From: Camelus ferus
Taxonomy: Eukaryota
Assembly: GCF_009834535.1 (NCBI RefSeq)
Contig: NC_045707.1
Coordinates: forward strand, 61,382,001-61,446,000
Direction: 5' to 3'
DNA length: 64,000 bases
Below, piece after piece: positions 38,393-50,515 of this stretch. The position numbers were made by a program, and so were the translations under genes. Under the pieces are notes generated by a model, which was not told the DNA's origin, made no database searches, and was given only the letters and a program-made list of their open reading frames with translations. Position 1 is the first letter of the stretch; each line of letters starts with the position of its first letter.

Positions 38393-38800
38393 GCTCCGGG
38401 CGTCTGGCCGGGAGCCTCCCCGGCTGGGCCCCAGGGACACGCAAGGTCCGAGAGTGTGCGCGCCTCCCAGCTTTACAAAGCACAGTCGCCTTCAGCTTTG
38501 AGAAAACAGAAAGCAGAACATGAGTTCATCGCAAGTTGGAAGAAAAGGGTTTCTCCATATATGGTGTGCAGCTCCTGTTCTGCCCTTAACCCTGTCTCGT
38601 CGGTGTCCGTGACACAGCACCTAGCGCAGTGTGCGCTGTTACCAGGCTCCGTCAGACCTGCTTGTGGGTTGGGAGGTGTTTCCCAAGGAAATTCTGGAAT
38701 CTCCAAAAATAACAGTCTCAGTTTTCACAGAGGTTCTGGTGGTTAAATAAAAACATATCTCTTACTTCTAGAAATGTCTTGCAAAAATGCTTTACAAAAA
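38393..38800 (-). promoter_or_regulatory. GLIPR1 5'UTR/proximal promoter with a perfect CArG box
   Basis: CpG-enriched region upstream of the ATG; CCATATATGG at 38555-38564. Confidence 0.6.
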
Positions 38801-39082
38801 CCTTTTTTTTTTTTTTTTAAGAGTCATAGCAGCACATCGTGGCTGGGATATCTGGTTAACATCATCACCTGACCTAGAATTCACTCACGACAGTTGAGTG
38901 TGATGGGGTTGAGTCAATTCTGTCCACCCTCCTCCTCCAAACGAAAAAAACAGTTATGTAAATTTTTACAGGCAGCTGGCTACCGCCGCCAGTGGATTCC
39001 TAACTTTGCAGCCTTTGCTAAACCTCCCTATGCTCTTCTCAGATATCAGCCCAGAGCCTATTTCCTGGCCTTTGGAAGCTTT

Positions 39083-39162
39083 TTTAAAAATGATATTTAA
39101 AAATATTTTTATTGAAGTATAGTTGATTTACAATGTTGTGTTAGTTTCAGGTGTACAGCAGT
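39083..39162 (-). mobile_element. Short L1 3'-end insertion in ERV pol
   Basis: TTTATTGAAGTATAGTTGATTTACAATGTTGTG L1 3' end, flanked by near-identical CCTTTG(G)AAGCTTT TSD. Confidence 0.75.
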
Positions 39163-39420
39163 CCTTTGAAGCTTTATTATTAGCTTCGGGGAGTGCTGCA
39201 AGCATTCGAGGACAAGCATGTTCTATAGCCTCAGTCTAGATCCTGTGGCATCAGGATCTAAATGGCAAGCCCTTGTGCGGTGGCTGCAGCTGCCACTTGA
39301 TGGACAAAGCCAACATCAGTCTCCCCCATTCATCTCGGTGTTACCTGTGCTGTGTCAGCACCTCTCCCCGCAGCCACAGACCACTTATAAGCTGGCCCTT
39401 TCATCTTACATTGTTGTAAC

Positions 39421-39589
39421 TTTGGTTTGTTTGGGGTTTTTTTCACTTGTTATTATTTATTACTTTTGGCGGGGGGGGGGGGGGGTAATTAGGTTTCATT
39501 ACTTATCCTTAAGAGGAGGTACTGGGGATTGAACCCAGGACCTCATGTGTACTAAGCATGCGCTCTACCACTTGAGCTATACTCTCCCC
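39421..39589 (-). mobile_element. tRNA-derived SINE (Vic-1-like) inserted in ERV pol
   Basis: A and B boxes on -; TSD T(T/G)GTTGTAAC at 39411-39420 and 39591-39600. Confidence 0.85.
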
Positions 39590-41699
39590 GTGGTTGTAAC
39601 ATTTTGAACTCAGCTACTTTACTTTCCCTCCCTGATGATGGAGAGCCTCACTCTGTCCCACATCATTGCCTCGTAATTGTCTCCAAGCCAGGAGAGTATC
39701 TCTCAGACATCTCTTGAGATAACCCAAACTTAATTCTACTTTGTGATGGCTCCTGTCAATGAAATTTTCTGGGGAAACGTAATAACTGGTTATGCCCCAG
39801 TTTTCCCCTCACAAGGCTCCTGGGGCTCATTCTTTGCCCACTGTAAAATGACCCCAGGCTGCTGAACTCACAACTCTTACTAGAGCTTCCACCTGAGCAG
39901 AAGGGAAAACGGCCACTGTTTACACAGGTTTCAGATATGCTTTTGGAGTCTGCCGTGCTGTTGGCACAATCCCGTGGATTCTTTCCTTCAGCAGGGCCTC
40001 TCTCATTGCTAACGGGCATATGCTTGTTGCTTTATTGCAAGATATTCACTTCCCTTTTAACATTGCTATTGTCCATTGTTCAGCCCATAATAAGGAGATG
40101 TTATATCTTTTGGAAATGATCGAGCTGACAGTTTCTAAACATGCAGCTCAAAATGGACCCCCCTCCATCCCTTCTCTACCCCATGTTTAAACTTGCCTTT
40201 ATTCTTGACTGATATCATCAACTATTAAGCGAATCCCCCACAATCTGCAAAAGACAAATGGATGCAAATGGGTGCCAAATAATTACCAGATGGATACATC
40301 AGGCTGATGGACCTCCTGGAGCCCCCCTTTCCTTTAACCTTTTTACATGTGCTTATACCTGTCAACTGGGACCTATGTGCAGATCAGGGAGAGCTAAGCA
40401 ACTACAAGACAACTGGCTTTGCCTTGGCACCCAGAAAATTGCCGACCAAATTATTTCCCCAGTGTACTACTTACAAATCTCACCAAGTTTCTGGGAGAAA
40501 TCACTAGACCCCAGGAAATCCTCCAAGGCCCACGTTCCCCTTTGTGGCACTTTAAATGGATTTTATTGTTTTTTCTCCCAGCTTTAGGCTAGTCTCACTG
40601 TTCAGTCATTTTCTGCATGTTTAGTGGTTGGACTGAAGCCTATCTAACTAGACATGCCGATGCCATGACACTGGTAATGCCATTAATAACTTAGGTTACT
40701 CCTCATTTTGGCATTGCTTTATGGATTGAATCAGACCAAGGAATTCATTTGACAATAGAGATAAACCACTTGCTTGCAAAAACTCTAGGGTACTCATTAA
40801 AATTTCATACCCCATATAATAGTCAATCTTCAGGGCAAGTGAAATGTAAACATCTAAACATAAAAAATTAAAAAAAAATACTGTTAGGAACAATCTGTCA
40901 AGAAACTGGGCTTAAATGGCCAGATGTTTGCTCTTGGCCCTTATAAAGATCGGAATACTCCAAATCAGAGACATGCACTGACCCCTTTTGAAATGGTCTT
41001 TGGACACCCAGTGTCTACTCGCATATCTAAACCTTCCATTCCTGGATAAGTGAACATTATGGGAACTTGAGTGAACAATTTGATGATATGACTTTCTAGA
41101 TACCAGAACTAACTAGTGTGCTTGAAGCATACAGCCAACAGGTAGAAGGGACATGGCCTCCACCCACTGACTGACAAGCCTCGCCATCCTTTCGAGCAGG
41201 AGACCGAGTGAACGTCAAGGTCTACAGAAGAAGACGGACGCCGTCACCTCCCTGGGGAGGGCCTTATGAGGCACAGCAGGCCACCTACACCGCCATCAGG
41301 AGGAAAGTTCTCCTGGATCCGTGCAAGTCATGGCAGAATAGACCCAGAATGTCACTCTTAAGACAGCTGGGAGACAGATTCCTCCAGGTGCCTTCGAGGA
41401 TTTCCGGGGCCAATTCCCAGGCCCTGGAAGCAGCCAGCATCATGAAGCAGACAGCTCCTCCCAAGGTCACGGATCAAGAGATCTTGCTTTCACCTGTTTC
41501 CCCTTCCCTGCTGTTAAGACTCCCTGTACGTACACGTTAAAAAGAAGAAAAAAACAAAGCAAAACACTTTTCTTATTAATGACTACTTTCTCTGCATTTA
41601 TTCATCATTTATTAGAAGACTGACCGGACAGTGCTTGTCTCTGTCTATCCCACTTCCCCTCTAAGTCTCCCTATCAGCTCTTTTTCAACCTGTGTCTTG

Positions 41700-43560
41700 C
41701 TCTTACTAACCCTCTCTTACCCCCTTATGCCCATTCACCAAACCCCAGCCATGCTAACTAATCAGTCTGACTGTTGATTATGCCAACATCCAGACAGTGC
41801 AAAAGAACTTGAACTTATCTTCGTTCTTGCCCACGTGAATACCTTGGGGGGAGGACTAAGTACGGGACATGGGTGAGCAGCGGGTTGTGGTATCCACAAC
41901 AAGAAAACCAACACAGCCTCGTCTTTCAGTGAGTCATTTGGGCCCCAGAAAATCTCTGTAGAAGCCCAAAGATTGTCCCTTACCCAGATAAAGACAATAG
42001 GTTAAAAATTTCCCTTTGTATTGGAAACAAACATGACAAAGGACCTTTCCTGAGTGACATCCCAGGACAATACTGCAATCAAATTCTGTGGTTTGATTCT
42101 ACAGGTGGCGTCTTTGGACCTCTCAAGGAAATTGTAAATAACTCCAGCACCACCCTTTTGGGCACAGATGTCTGCTAAATCACCAAATGTTCCATTTGGC
42201 TCTTGTACAACTTAAGGATACTGTAGTTGTCCCGTGATTAAGCCGCCCCAAACCACAAACTATGCATGGGCGGATCAGAATTCTGGACTTACTTGGTTAG
42301 CTGCCAAAACCAGACTACAGGCTTCCTATACCTGCTATTTCATAATCTGTTTTACTCACACAGATTGACAGAGGTCATGGATTACTCCAGACCCTGGGAA
42401 TTACAGGTTCCATTGTAACCTTGTCTGTAAACCACTCTGGTCTTTTTATTTTATGTGGCAACAAAATGTGTAAAGGATTCTCCGCTAAATGATCAGACTG
42501 ATGTGGATTTGGACGCCTGGCTCTGAAGGAAAAACCGGGGTGCTCTAACAAGATAACTCACAAATCTAAGTATTGGAATACTGATCTGAGTTCTGCTGGA
42601 CTAACTTGTAAATCTAAGTTAATTAGTGTTGGTTTGCTGTTTATGTTTTTTGCTAGCCAGCTGGGTTTTCAAAGATACATATCTGGCTTTGGAATGTTGG
42701 TTTGCTGCCTCCCTGCCTCCACTTTTGTGATGATAATGCTGCTAAAGCTGTTCCATGCCTATTGGCCCAATACCCCAAGCTTGTTCTTTACCCTATAAAA
42801 CCTCATGCTCACGTCTTGGAGGTGCTCAGAGCTTTGGAGCAGAAGCCCCTCTGAGCCCGCCGGCGTAATACATCTGAGTACTCCAACTCTCCGAGTGGTG
42901 CTTGTTTCTTGACTGGCCTGTCGTTTCCGTAACAGCTCCAGTAGTCACCAAATACACCACCCGAAATACCAGCCAAATTCAAACCTAGGCTTCTTTGTTC
43001 ATAAACTTGTGCCCCATAAACATGCTAGCTGAGAAATCATAGAGGATCCAAGTCCTTTTCAGCACCAGAGGTCTAATTCCCAAGCTTTAATGACTATGAA
43101 TTGGAAAAAGCACACTTAAGTCTCTCTGCAGTAATAGAAGAGTTCAGTACTGTTGCGCAAATCTTGAAAATACTCCAGTCAGAAGTTAATAACTTAGCCT
43201 CTGTGCTGCTCCAAAATCATCGTGCCCTACCAACACCGACTGCCCAGGGAGGAGGAGCTTGTGCATCCACTGGGCGGAAATGCTGCCTTTATGTGACTCA
43301 AACAGAGCAAGTAACAGCCAACCTAAATCTATTAGAACAGAACATTAGCATATTCCATCAGATAAAGTTCACACCTTTCATTGGACTGACTTAGTCCCAG
43401 GGTTGGGGAACTGGTTTAACAGGTTGTGGGCAAATGTTCTCCAGTGTGTGGTTTTCTTTTTTATTTTGTTTTGTTTTGTTTTCATTCTAATTTATGTTCC
43501 TTTCTCTCTCTGCAGATCTCTTACCAGTTTATAACTTACTTGTTTCTCCACAGTCACCAG
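41700..43560 (+). pseudogene. Decayed ERV env related to HEMO/ERVMER34-1
   Basis: LTNQSDC*LCQH (CXXC remnant), GPFLSDIPGQYCNQILWFDST, LSVNHSGLFILCGN, ISD LQNHRAL 43209-43229, CX6CC 43260-43286; multiple stops and frameshifts plus an LTR insertion. Confidence 0.85.
42524..42934 (+). mobile_element. Solo LTR (411 bp, ERV1-type) inserted in the env relic
   Basis: TG...CA ends, perfect 4-bp TSD GCTC (42520-42523 and 42935-42938), CCAAT, TATAAAA 42794-42800, AATACA 42867-42872; removing it restores the env frame (..GRLAPVVTKY..). Confidence 0.9.
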
Positions 43561-45310
43561 CTCAGCTTTTAATATATGAAACTATTAAGGAAGTCTCAGA
43601 GGAGGAAACTGATAGGGTTCAGGGCAGGCTGCTCCAAGATGCAGATTATTTCAGCTGAAAATAAGGAAGGCCCAAAAAACTCAGGAAGAATATTTGGCTC
43701 TCCCCCAACTGCCCAAAGGAATTTATGACAGAAGGCCTGTTCCAGGAAGGAGCTATCGCCATAGATAACTGTAGGTGAGGCTCTTAACTCATTCTGGGAA
43801 GGGCAGCGGTGGCCTCCCACAAACGGCAGTGGGTTCTTCACTGAGCTGGACAGGTGCTGATCAAATGAAAAAGGGATGGACAGATGAAGGAAACTGGGGG
43901 GCATAGGAACTAGATTTCCAGTTATGAAGTTGGAAACATGATGTCATGGCAAGAATAGAGAATGGGCCACTTCCTACTGTCTCTCTCCATAGAGAGGGTC
44001 TTCAAGGATGGCTTTTGGCTGGTAGGAAGCATGATACCTGGTCTCATGGAAGTCAGAATCCAAACTGCTTTTACGCCAGTCAGGAAGAGAGTTAAGAGTC
44101 AGACCTAGGAGGATTTCTGGATTCTGCCAGTGATTTTGATTCTATCACAAAGGTGATGGGAAGTTATAAGAGAGATTTTTTAACTACAGGCGGGGTGTGA
44201 TCTGATTTTAGAAAACACTAGTGGGGGAGGTATTACTATCTAATGGAAACTCTTAAAAAGTAAAGAAACATTACTGAACTATAAGGTAGAATTACGCCAC
44301 ACACAAGCATAAAAAATAACCTCACAAAGTATCACATATCATTTCAGTTGTGTCCAGACTGTCTAATTTATGACCAGCATTCCTTTCCATTGTACTGACC
44401 TAGGATAAGGATCTCCTTGTGTGTGGCTCAGAGGCAACCTTTTGATCAAAATAGTGACAATCAACAGTGAGACCTTCCTCCAACTTGAGGTAGGAACCAG
44501 GCCTGAAGCCTTCTTTCCATCTTATTCTGAGTCTCTGTGAGCTAGATTGTCTGGGTTTTGAACACAACGAGAAAGATGAGAACCTGTGAGCAAGGAAATG
44601 CAGTGACGTTTTGCGGTTGCCTGAACAATCCCCACTGTACACGTACCGCTCCCAAGGATTAGCAATGGTATGTTGGTTTAGCACACACTGAACTCCTGCT
44701 CTGTGTATTCAGTTTAGCAATACAAGATAAAAAGTCACTGTCCCCAAGAAATAAACTAAATCATTCTTTCTTTAAATTTCCAAAAACAGTATGCAAAATG
44801 GAAAGTCTGCCATTACTGAGACCATGTTTACATTACTATGCAGAGCAGTGTAGCTCCTCAGAGCTACAATCCTCAGACTTCTTAATTCAAACTACTTTTC
44901 CACAACAAAAAGCCCAGAGAGGTGGTTTGCTCAGAATAACAGGAAGTTTTACCTGTAAGCAAATGCAAGCCTCTACTTCTTTTCAGAAGGTTCACAACTG
45001 CTGAGTCCTTCCTCTTCTTAGGTCTTTGCTGTGATCTCCTTGAAAAGTATGTGTGTGTTAAGAAAGATTTGTTTTCAGTGTTTATCTCTGAATAGTGGCA
45101 TATATATATATCTTTTAAAAATTCTGTATTATTTACATTTTTATAGTGAGCATATATTATCTTTTATAATAAGAAAATAAGCTGAAATTACTTCTATTTT
45201 GGAGGACAATAGGATCTTTATAATTGTCAAAAAAGAAAGGACAGACCCAAAGTGGAGTCTTTTATGCTAAGCTCACCAAGACAATACCTATCTTAATTGC
45301 AGTTAACAAC

Positions 45311-45766
45311 TGAGGCAGAGGGAAGGGGGCAGGGCATAACCCCTGAAGGAGTGACACAGCAGGTAAGGACTGGACACACTGGTTAGGACCAAGCTGGCGA
45401 AAGATGTGACTTCCAGTAGACCTTGAGCCTCTCAGCACACCCACAGGCGCCACGACAGCTCCTAGGCTGACCATAAGAGGTCAAAAAGTAGGTGGGGATT
45501 CCAGGAAATCCCTGCCCCAAAGTACCTGGAATAATCCTCCTACCCATTAGCATATGAAATTACTGAGCCCATAAAACCTAACAACTCGGCACACTGGTCT
45601 CTCTCTCCCTCCCGCCTTCCCTTACCACCCCCTCCACCCACCTTGCGAGATGGCCCGCACTCTGTCTGTGGAGTGTGTATCTCTCTAAATAAACTTGCTT
45701 TCACTTTACCATGCCTTGCTCTTGCACTCTTTCCCGCGCGAGGCAAGAACCTACTCTCCGACAGCA
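45311..45766 (+). mobile_element. Solo LTR (456 bp) nested in the preceding LTR
   Basis: TGAGGC...CAGCA ends, TSD CAAC/CGAC (one CpG-type change), AATAAA 45688-45693. Confidence 0.78.
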
Positions 45767-46650
45767 CGACCTCCCCGAGATGCAGTCTCAACTGCTCAGC
45801 CTGGAAGTCCCTGTCAGTGCCAGTGGGGACGCTGGCCACAGAGCCCCCTTTCCGTCTCTTCCATCTCGTACAGCTCCTCAGAGCTCCTCTCTACTTGCCA
45901 CTGGGATGCTGCCTGACTCAGGAATCCTTTGATAAAGCCAATTAGATTTTCAAATTTACTCAGTTGAATTTTTGTTATTTAACAGATTTGGTGTCAGTGA
46001 CAGTGGGATTCAAAGTGATCTGATGGCATTTGGGGACAAAAGAGAAGCCCAGGTGTGGTACCCCACAAAACCTTTCAGTTCACTGTCTTTCCTGTCATTT
46101 CCAAAGGCCATTGGCAATTTCGTCTCAGTTCTAAGCTCCCCTCTCTTTGCATGGAGGTCCCAATCTGATTGGTGTTCCACAATCCCCTATGTGTTTGGAA
46201 ACACTGACCTTGGTTTTGTCCCCAGATCCCTACATTCCAATGGTGGTTACTGCCTGGAATCGATCTGGGTCCAACTTAAAAACCAGATTGAATTTAGGGT
46301 TGAACTGGGTCTGACTTGGGCTGGACTAGGCCCAGTAAAGGCTAATTGATAATGAGGGAAACTTGGAAGTAAAAAAAAGCTGCAAACATTGTTGGGCATG
46401 CAGTGAGCATTTAAAGCTTTACAGCATGCACCATCTCACCTTAGGAGAAGTCAGCCACAGAATAGGTTAGATTGACACTAGGTCATCCACCAACCTCAAG
46501 AAAATTTCTGTGAAACAAGGGACGCTGAAACATCACACAATCTCCAACCCAGCAACACCACTTTTTAGGTATTAGTTTGGCTCTGTGAGACCCAAAGGCT
46601 TAGCTAAAAAAGAATAAATACATAAATACACAAACAAATTAAAATTTTAG

Positions 46651-46745
46651 GGTTTTTTTTTTTTTAATGAAGGTACTGGGGATTGAACCCAGGACCTTGT
46701 GCATGCTAAGCATGTGCTCTACCATTTGAGCTGTACCCTCCCCCC
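46651..46745 (-). mobile_element. tRNA-derived SINE (Vic-1-like, short)
   Basis: A and B boxes, poly-A tail, TSD AAATTTTA. Confidence 0.82.
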
Positions 46746-48784
46746 AAATTTTAAACTCCTTAAAATCCAAAGACTTAAGTGTAACCTATCAACATATTCA
46801 AAAAATAAATAAATAAAGAGGGAGGGAAATTTTTACTAAAGACAACATAGAATTTTGTGTCCTGAGAACTTGGCTTGGTAACCATCAGGTTGGATGTCCC
46901 AAAATGTGGCTGGACAGAGATGTGGGTTGCACCCCATTTGTGGTCAGATAGAGCTGGACAGAAATGTAGCTTAATCTCCATTGTCAGCCAGGGTCCTACC
47001 AAACTGCTGCCAGCTCTCAGGGGAATTACAACCTAAATTACAATGGCTATGGTGCAGACTGTTCAAATTAAATGAGATCATTTAAAAAATGTGCTTGAAA
47101 GTGAGGGTTCCCAAATTAAGCAAACAAAATGGGATACCTATTCTAATTAGCAAACAGAAGACTCCAAAAGGCTTTAAAATTCCAAAATAGCGCCATTAAA
47201 AACCATGATGGTAGAAGACTAATGAAAATGTAAAGACACGAGATCTAAACAAAAGTTCACCAAACTATTAGCTTTAAAGTCACGACAGCTCCAAGGCCAG
47301 GCACCTGAAATAATACCCGGGCCCCTCCTATTGCCCTTTCCTATGGGTCCATCATTCAAACGCATCATAGGAAGCTATGCTAGTTTCTTAAATAACCAAG
47401 GCTAAAATTAAAATTAGTTTAAAAAACAGTCTGCAGAGGGGATCCTGGAAAAAGTGGTAGAAGCCAGTGAAGGGTGAGAATTCTTACCATAGTCAGTTCT
47501 CCCAAATCTCTGTCTGTAGTGCCCAGTTGAGACGGAAAAATGAAACTACACGCTGTCCCTTTCTTTCCAAATCCAGACCAATTGGATAGTGATTGATCCT
47601 TCCTCTCCCAGGGACTATTGCCTTCTTGCTTGTATTGCTTTGTGTCCTCAAAGAGTTTGACTCTCTGCGTGGCAGGGACATGCAGGCTATTGGTTCTTTG
47701 GCAATCTTTGGGAGTGACTCTGGATCTTAGGAATGCAGTAACCTTTGCACCCTCTCTGAGGAGTTATTTAATACTGCCAGAAATATTTACTCTTTGTTTT
47801 AGCTGAAACGTGGCAAGATAGTCAAAAGGATTTAATAACTTTATGATCAGAAATTTGGCTGAATTAGAAACGGATATTCAGAGCCTGACAGGAATTTTTT
47901 AAGCCTCCTCCCCTAAGCTGAAATGAAACTGTCCCTAGAAAGAAAGAAAAGCTTTCTAAAACCCTTGTAAAAGGTTTTATGGGTGGCTCCCCCTCTGATG
48001 TCATTTACATTACAATCCAATTCCGTAAGGAATTGGGAGTAACTGTCCTTATCCTAAAATTCTTTGTAAAACTAGAAATGCAGTTATAGAGGCAGTTCAA
48101 AGTCTACCCATTCCTTTCACCAGTCCCCAAACGCCCGCCTGTTTATCTCAAAGAGCTTGTAAACCAAAGTCCTTTTTGGAGGAACTTACATTCCTTCTCT
48201 CTTTTTCAAGATAAAAATATTCTGTAAACTTAAAGAAAGTAAGTCTTATCAGAAAGAGAACAAAAAGGTGAAAGGTAATTTGAAACTTAGGCAGATGAAA
48301 AAAATCTTTTAAGTGCTTCTCCACAGATATTAGTGAAAGGCTTTAGCCATTGAGCAGGTAACCTTAGCTTGTTCCATCGACTAGAAAAACAGATTCATCT
48401 CCTTTTATAATCAGCCAGCTTTACATTTTTGTACCTGTGTCATGGCTGAAATTTTAAAACGAGACAATAAAGTCATTGCATCTGTCTGTAAGTTCATGTG
48501 TGTTTATATCTACATAGTAGATGTGTGATACGTATCTACCTCTGGGCGGTATTGCTAAGATAAATTTATAAAATAGCTCTATTTAATTGGCTTAAAACAA
48601 ACAAGCACTTATATGAATTAAAATATAACAGAAACTAACACAAATGCTTTTCAAGTTCATGTGATCTAGGATTACATTGTGTTTTTACAGCTATATGTTG
48701 TAAGTGTTTCAGAAATTATCTGAAATTCCTGAAAATCTGAAATGTCCTGGTGTAGTATTATCAGTCACAATTTCAGTTATTACC

Positions 48785-49301
48785 TGTTGGGCTGTATGCA
48801 TCCTGCAGGACTGCAAGCCCCGTACTTGCCCAGCTTCGAGACAGAAGAAAGAGCCCGGAGTCAGTGACAGAGACATCACTTGGTTTCACAGGCAGGCGAA
48901 TCTTACATGGCTGAAGGAAGGTCCTGGAGCGACACCCCACTGTTATGTGGCAGACAGAGACGAGACTTGGCAGCAGTCTTTATCACTGAGCTGAGTGGAG
49001 AGGGAGGTTACCACTTATATAGGAAATTGACATCAGGTTGGCTCATTGGTTACCAGGGAAACCAGCAGAGGCGTACCTCCCTTAATGAGATAATAAGCTA
49101 TTCTAGTGGAGATGTTCTGATCGAAAGATTAGAACAGTTACCAGCTGGGGCTGGGGCAAGTATGTAGGCATTTACTAATTAGGCTCTGTGATGAAGAGGG
49201 AAGGTCAGTCATGGGAGTCAGGATGTAGGTGAAGCAGGGACTGGTCAAGCAGGGGATGTACAGAGAGAAAGAACAGCCATCGTGGGTGGCCAAATCATAT
49301 A
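48785..49301 (-). mobile_element. Solo LTR nested in the ERV internal region
   Basis: GC-richer block starting TGTTGGGC on + that interrupts AT-rich host sequence; a homologous fragment lies at 51684-51810. Confidence 0.65.
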
Positions 49302-50389
49302 CTATCATAAAAATATTATCTGTCACAGAAATAACCAAATTTCCTCAAAAATTCCATTCGATGCATTCTCATCAGCTCTTTAGTAATGGGCATTTTTAAA
49401 AAGCTTTGTCATTTACAGAGAGTTTCTGTTTTGCTCAGATGCCTTTGCAAAAGGTTTTCTGCAAAAATATTTTATCTTCAGAGATATTCATGGAAAAGAC
49501 TTTTGACAAGTGCAGGTTTTTGATAACTTCAAGATCATCAAACTGAGCTGGTTAAAAAATTCCCAAAACTAATGGAAAAACTAGATGCAAGCAGAACAAA
49601 TATTAATTACATGGGACTGAATAAACTGAGGAGGATGATTATACATTTTATGACTTTTTATTTTCAATATTGCCAGTTCTTTTATGTTCCGCTTTTACAG
49701 ATTTAAGGAAACTTCTTCTCTCAAGCTAAACAATCCTTTTCTGATACCAATTATCCTAAGATAATTGTGATGGCTACATATAAAAAAAATCATCGTAAAT
49801 TCAAACAGGATAAATGTACTTTCTAATTCAATCAACATGCAGAAATGAATAAACATTAATAGATGAATGCTTGTGTTTACTAAGTGGGTACATAACATTG
49901 ACTAATGCTGCTAGACTTGGTCATTCATGAGTTAAACTTGTTAGGCACCTAAATATAACCTGAGCATTTATAGGTAGGGATACAAGATACAAATGGTCAA
50001 AGAGATAAAGCAGCCAATAAAATCTTAGTGCACCGAGACTTATCCAGTGTTTACACTATTTAACTAGCCACACATTTTAGCTTAGGTGACGTCTCACTTC
50101 TGAGAAGGAAATTATTTTGAACTTGCTCAACCCTAAGGAAATAGCGGTTTCAGTAGCAATTTTGCGGTTTCCTTTGAATTCTTTTTTTCTGTCTTCTTTC
50201 TGCAGTTTCATAGCTAAAGCATCTTCTAAAGTATGTTTTCTTAGCTACAGTTCCAGGGCAAATATATTATGCTTTTATTACAGGCCTTATAGTATTATTA
50301 AATTATACATAGGTATATCTTTAATATAAATAAAATTTAAGAAATGAAAATGTTTTTAAAAGCTTTAATTCATTAGCATTGCTGTGAGT

Positions 50390-50515
50390 AGAATACTGTC
50401 CTTTGTCTTTGACCCAGAGGTCTTGTATTTTTGTTTAGAATCCTTGCAATTGTGGTTGACTAACTTGTTGACTTGCAAGCAAGATTCAGTCTCAGATCTT
50501 TCACAATTTTTGACG
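50390..50515 (+). mobile_element. 3' end of an ancient ERV1 LTR (MER31/MER67-like)
   Basis: GACCCAGAGGTCTTG...CTAACTTGTTGACTTGCAAG...TCTCAGATCTTTCACAATTTTTGAC resembles the recalled consensus end. Confidence 0.5.

Larger units (their letters stand above)
38880..43770 (+). mobile_element. 5'-truncated MER34-like (ERV1 class) provirus: degenerate pol, env, PPT and partial 3' LTR
   Basis: RT thumb KQLCKFLQAAGYRRQWIPNFAAFAKPPY (38949-39032), RNase H AELTTLTRA..EGKTATVYTGFRYAFG (~39860-39950), integrase ESDQG, HTPYNSQSSGQV, TPFEMVFG and WGGPY (40725-41270), env motifs, PPT AGAGGAGGAAA 43598-43608, LTR start TGATAGGGTTCAGG at 43610. Confidence 0.88.
45225..49740 (+). mobile_element. Second ERV1-class element: 5' LTR (45225-45984, interrupted), tRNA-Leu-like PBS and non-coding internal region (MER4-group-like); right end approximate
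   Basis: TGTCAA...TTAACA LTR ends followed by TGGTGTCAG(TGAC)AGTGGGATTC 45989-46011; AT-rich internal sequence without intact ORFs. Confidence 0.7.

Noticed and set aside
38393..38440. N-terminal extension of GLIPR1 in the ORF track
   Set aside because: Starts at a non-ATG codon; the ATG at 38392 begins the signal peptide
43101..43394. 97-codon env TM ORF as an expressed captured gene driven by the upstream solo LTR
   Set aside because: No in-frame ATG, a stop at 43074-43076, no signal peptide, and SU is full of stops
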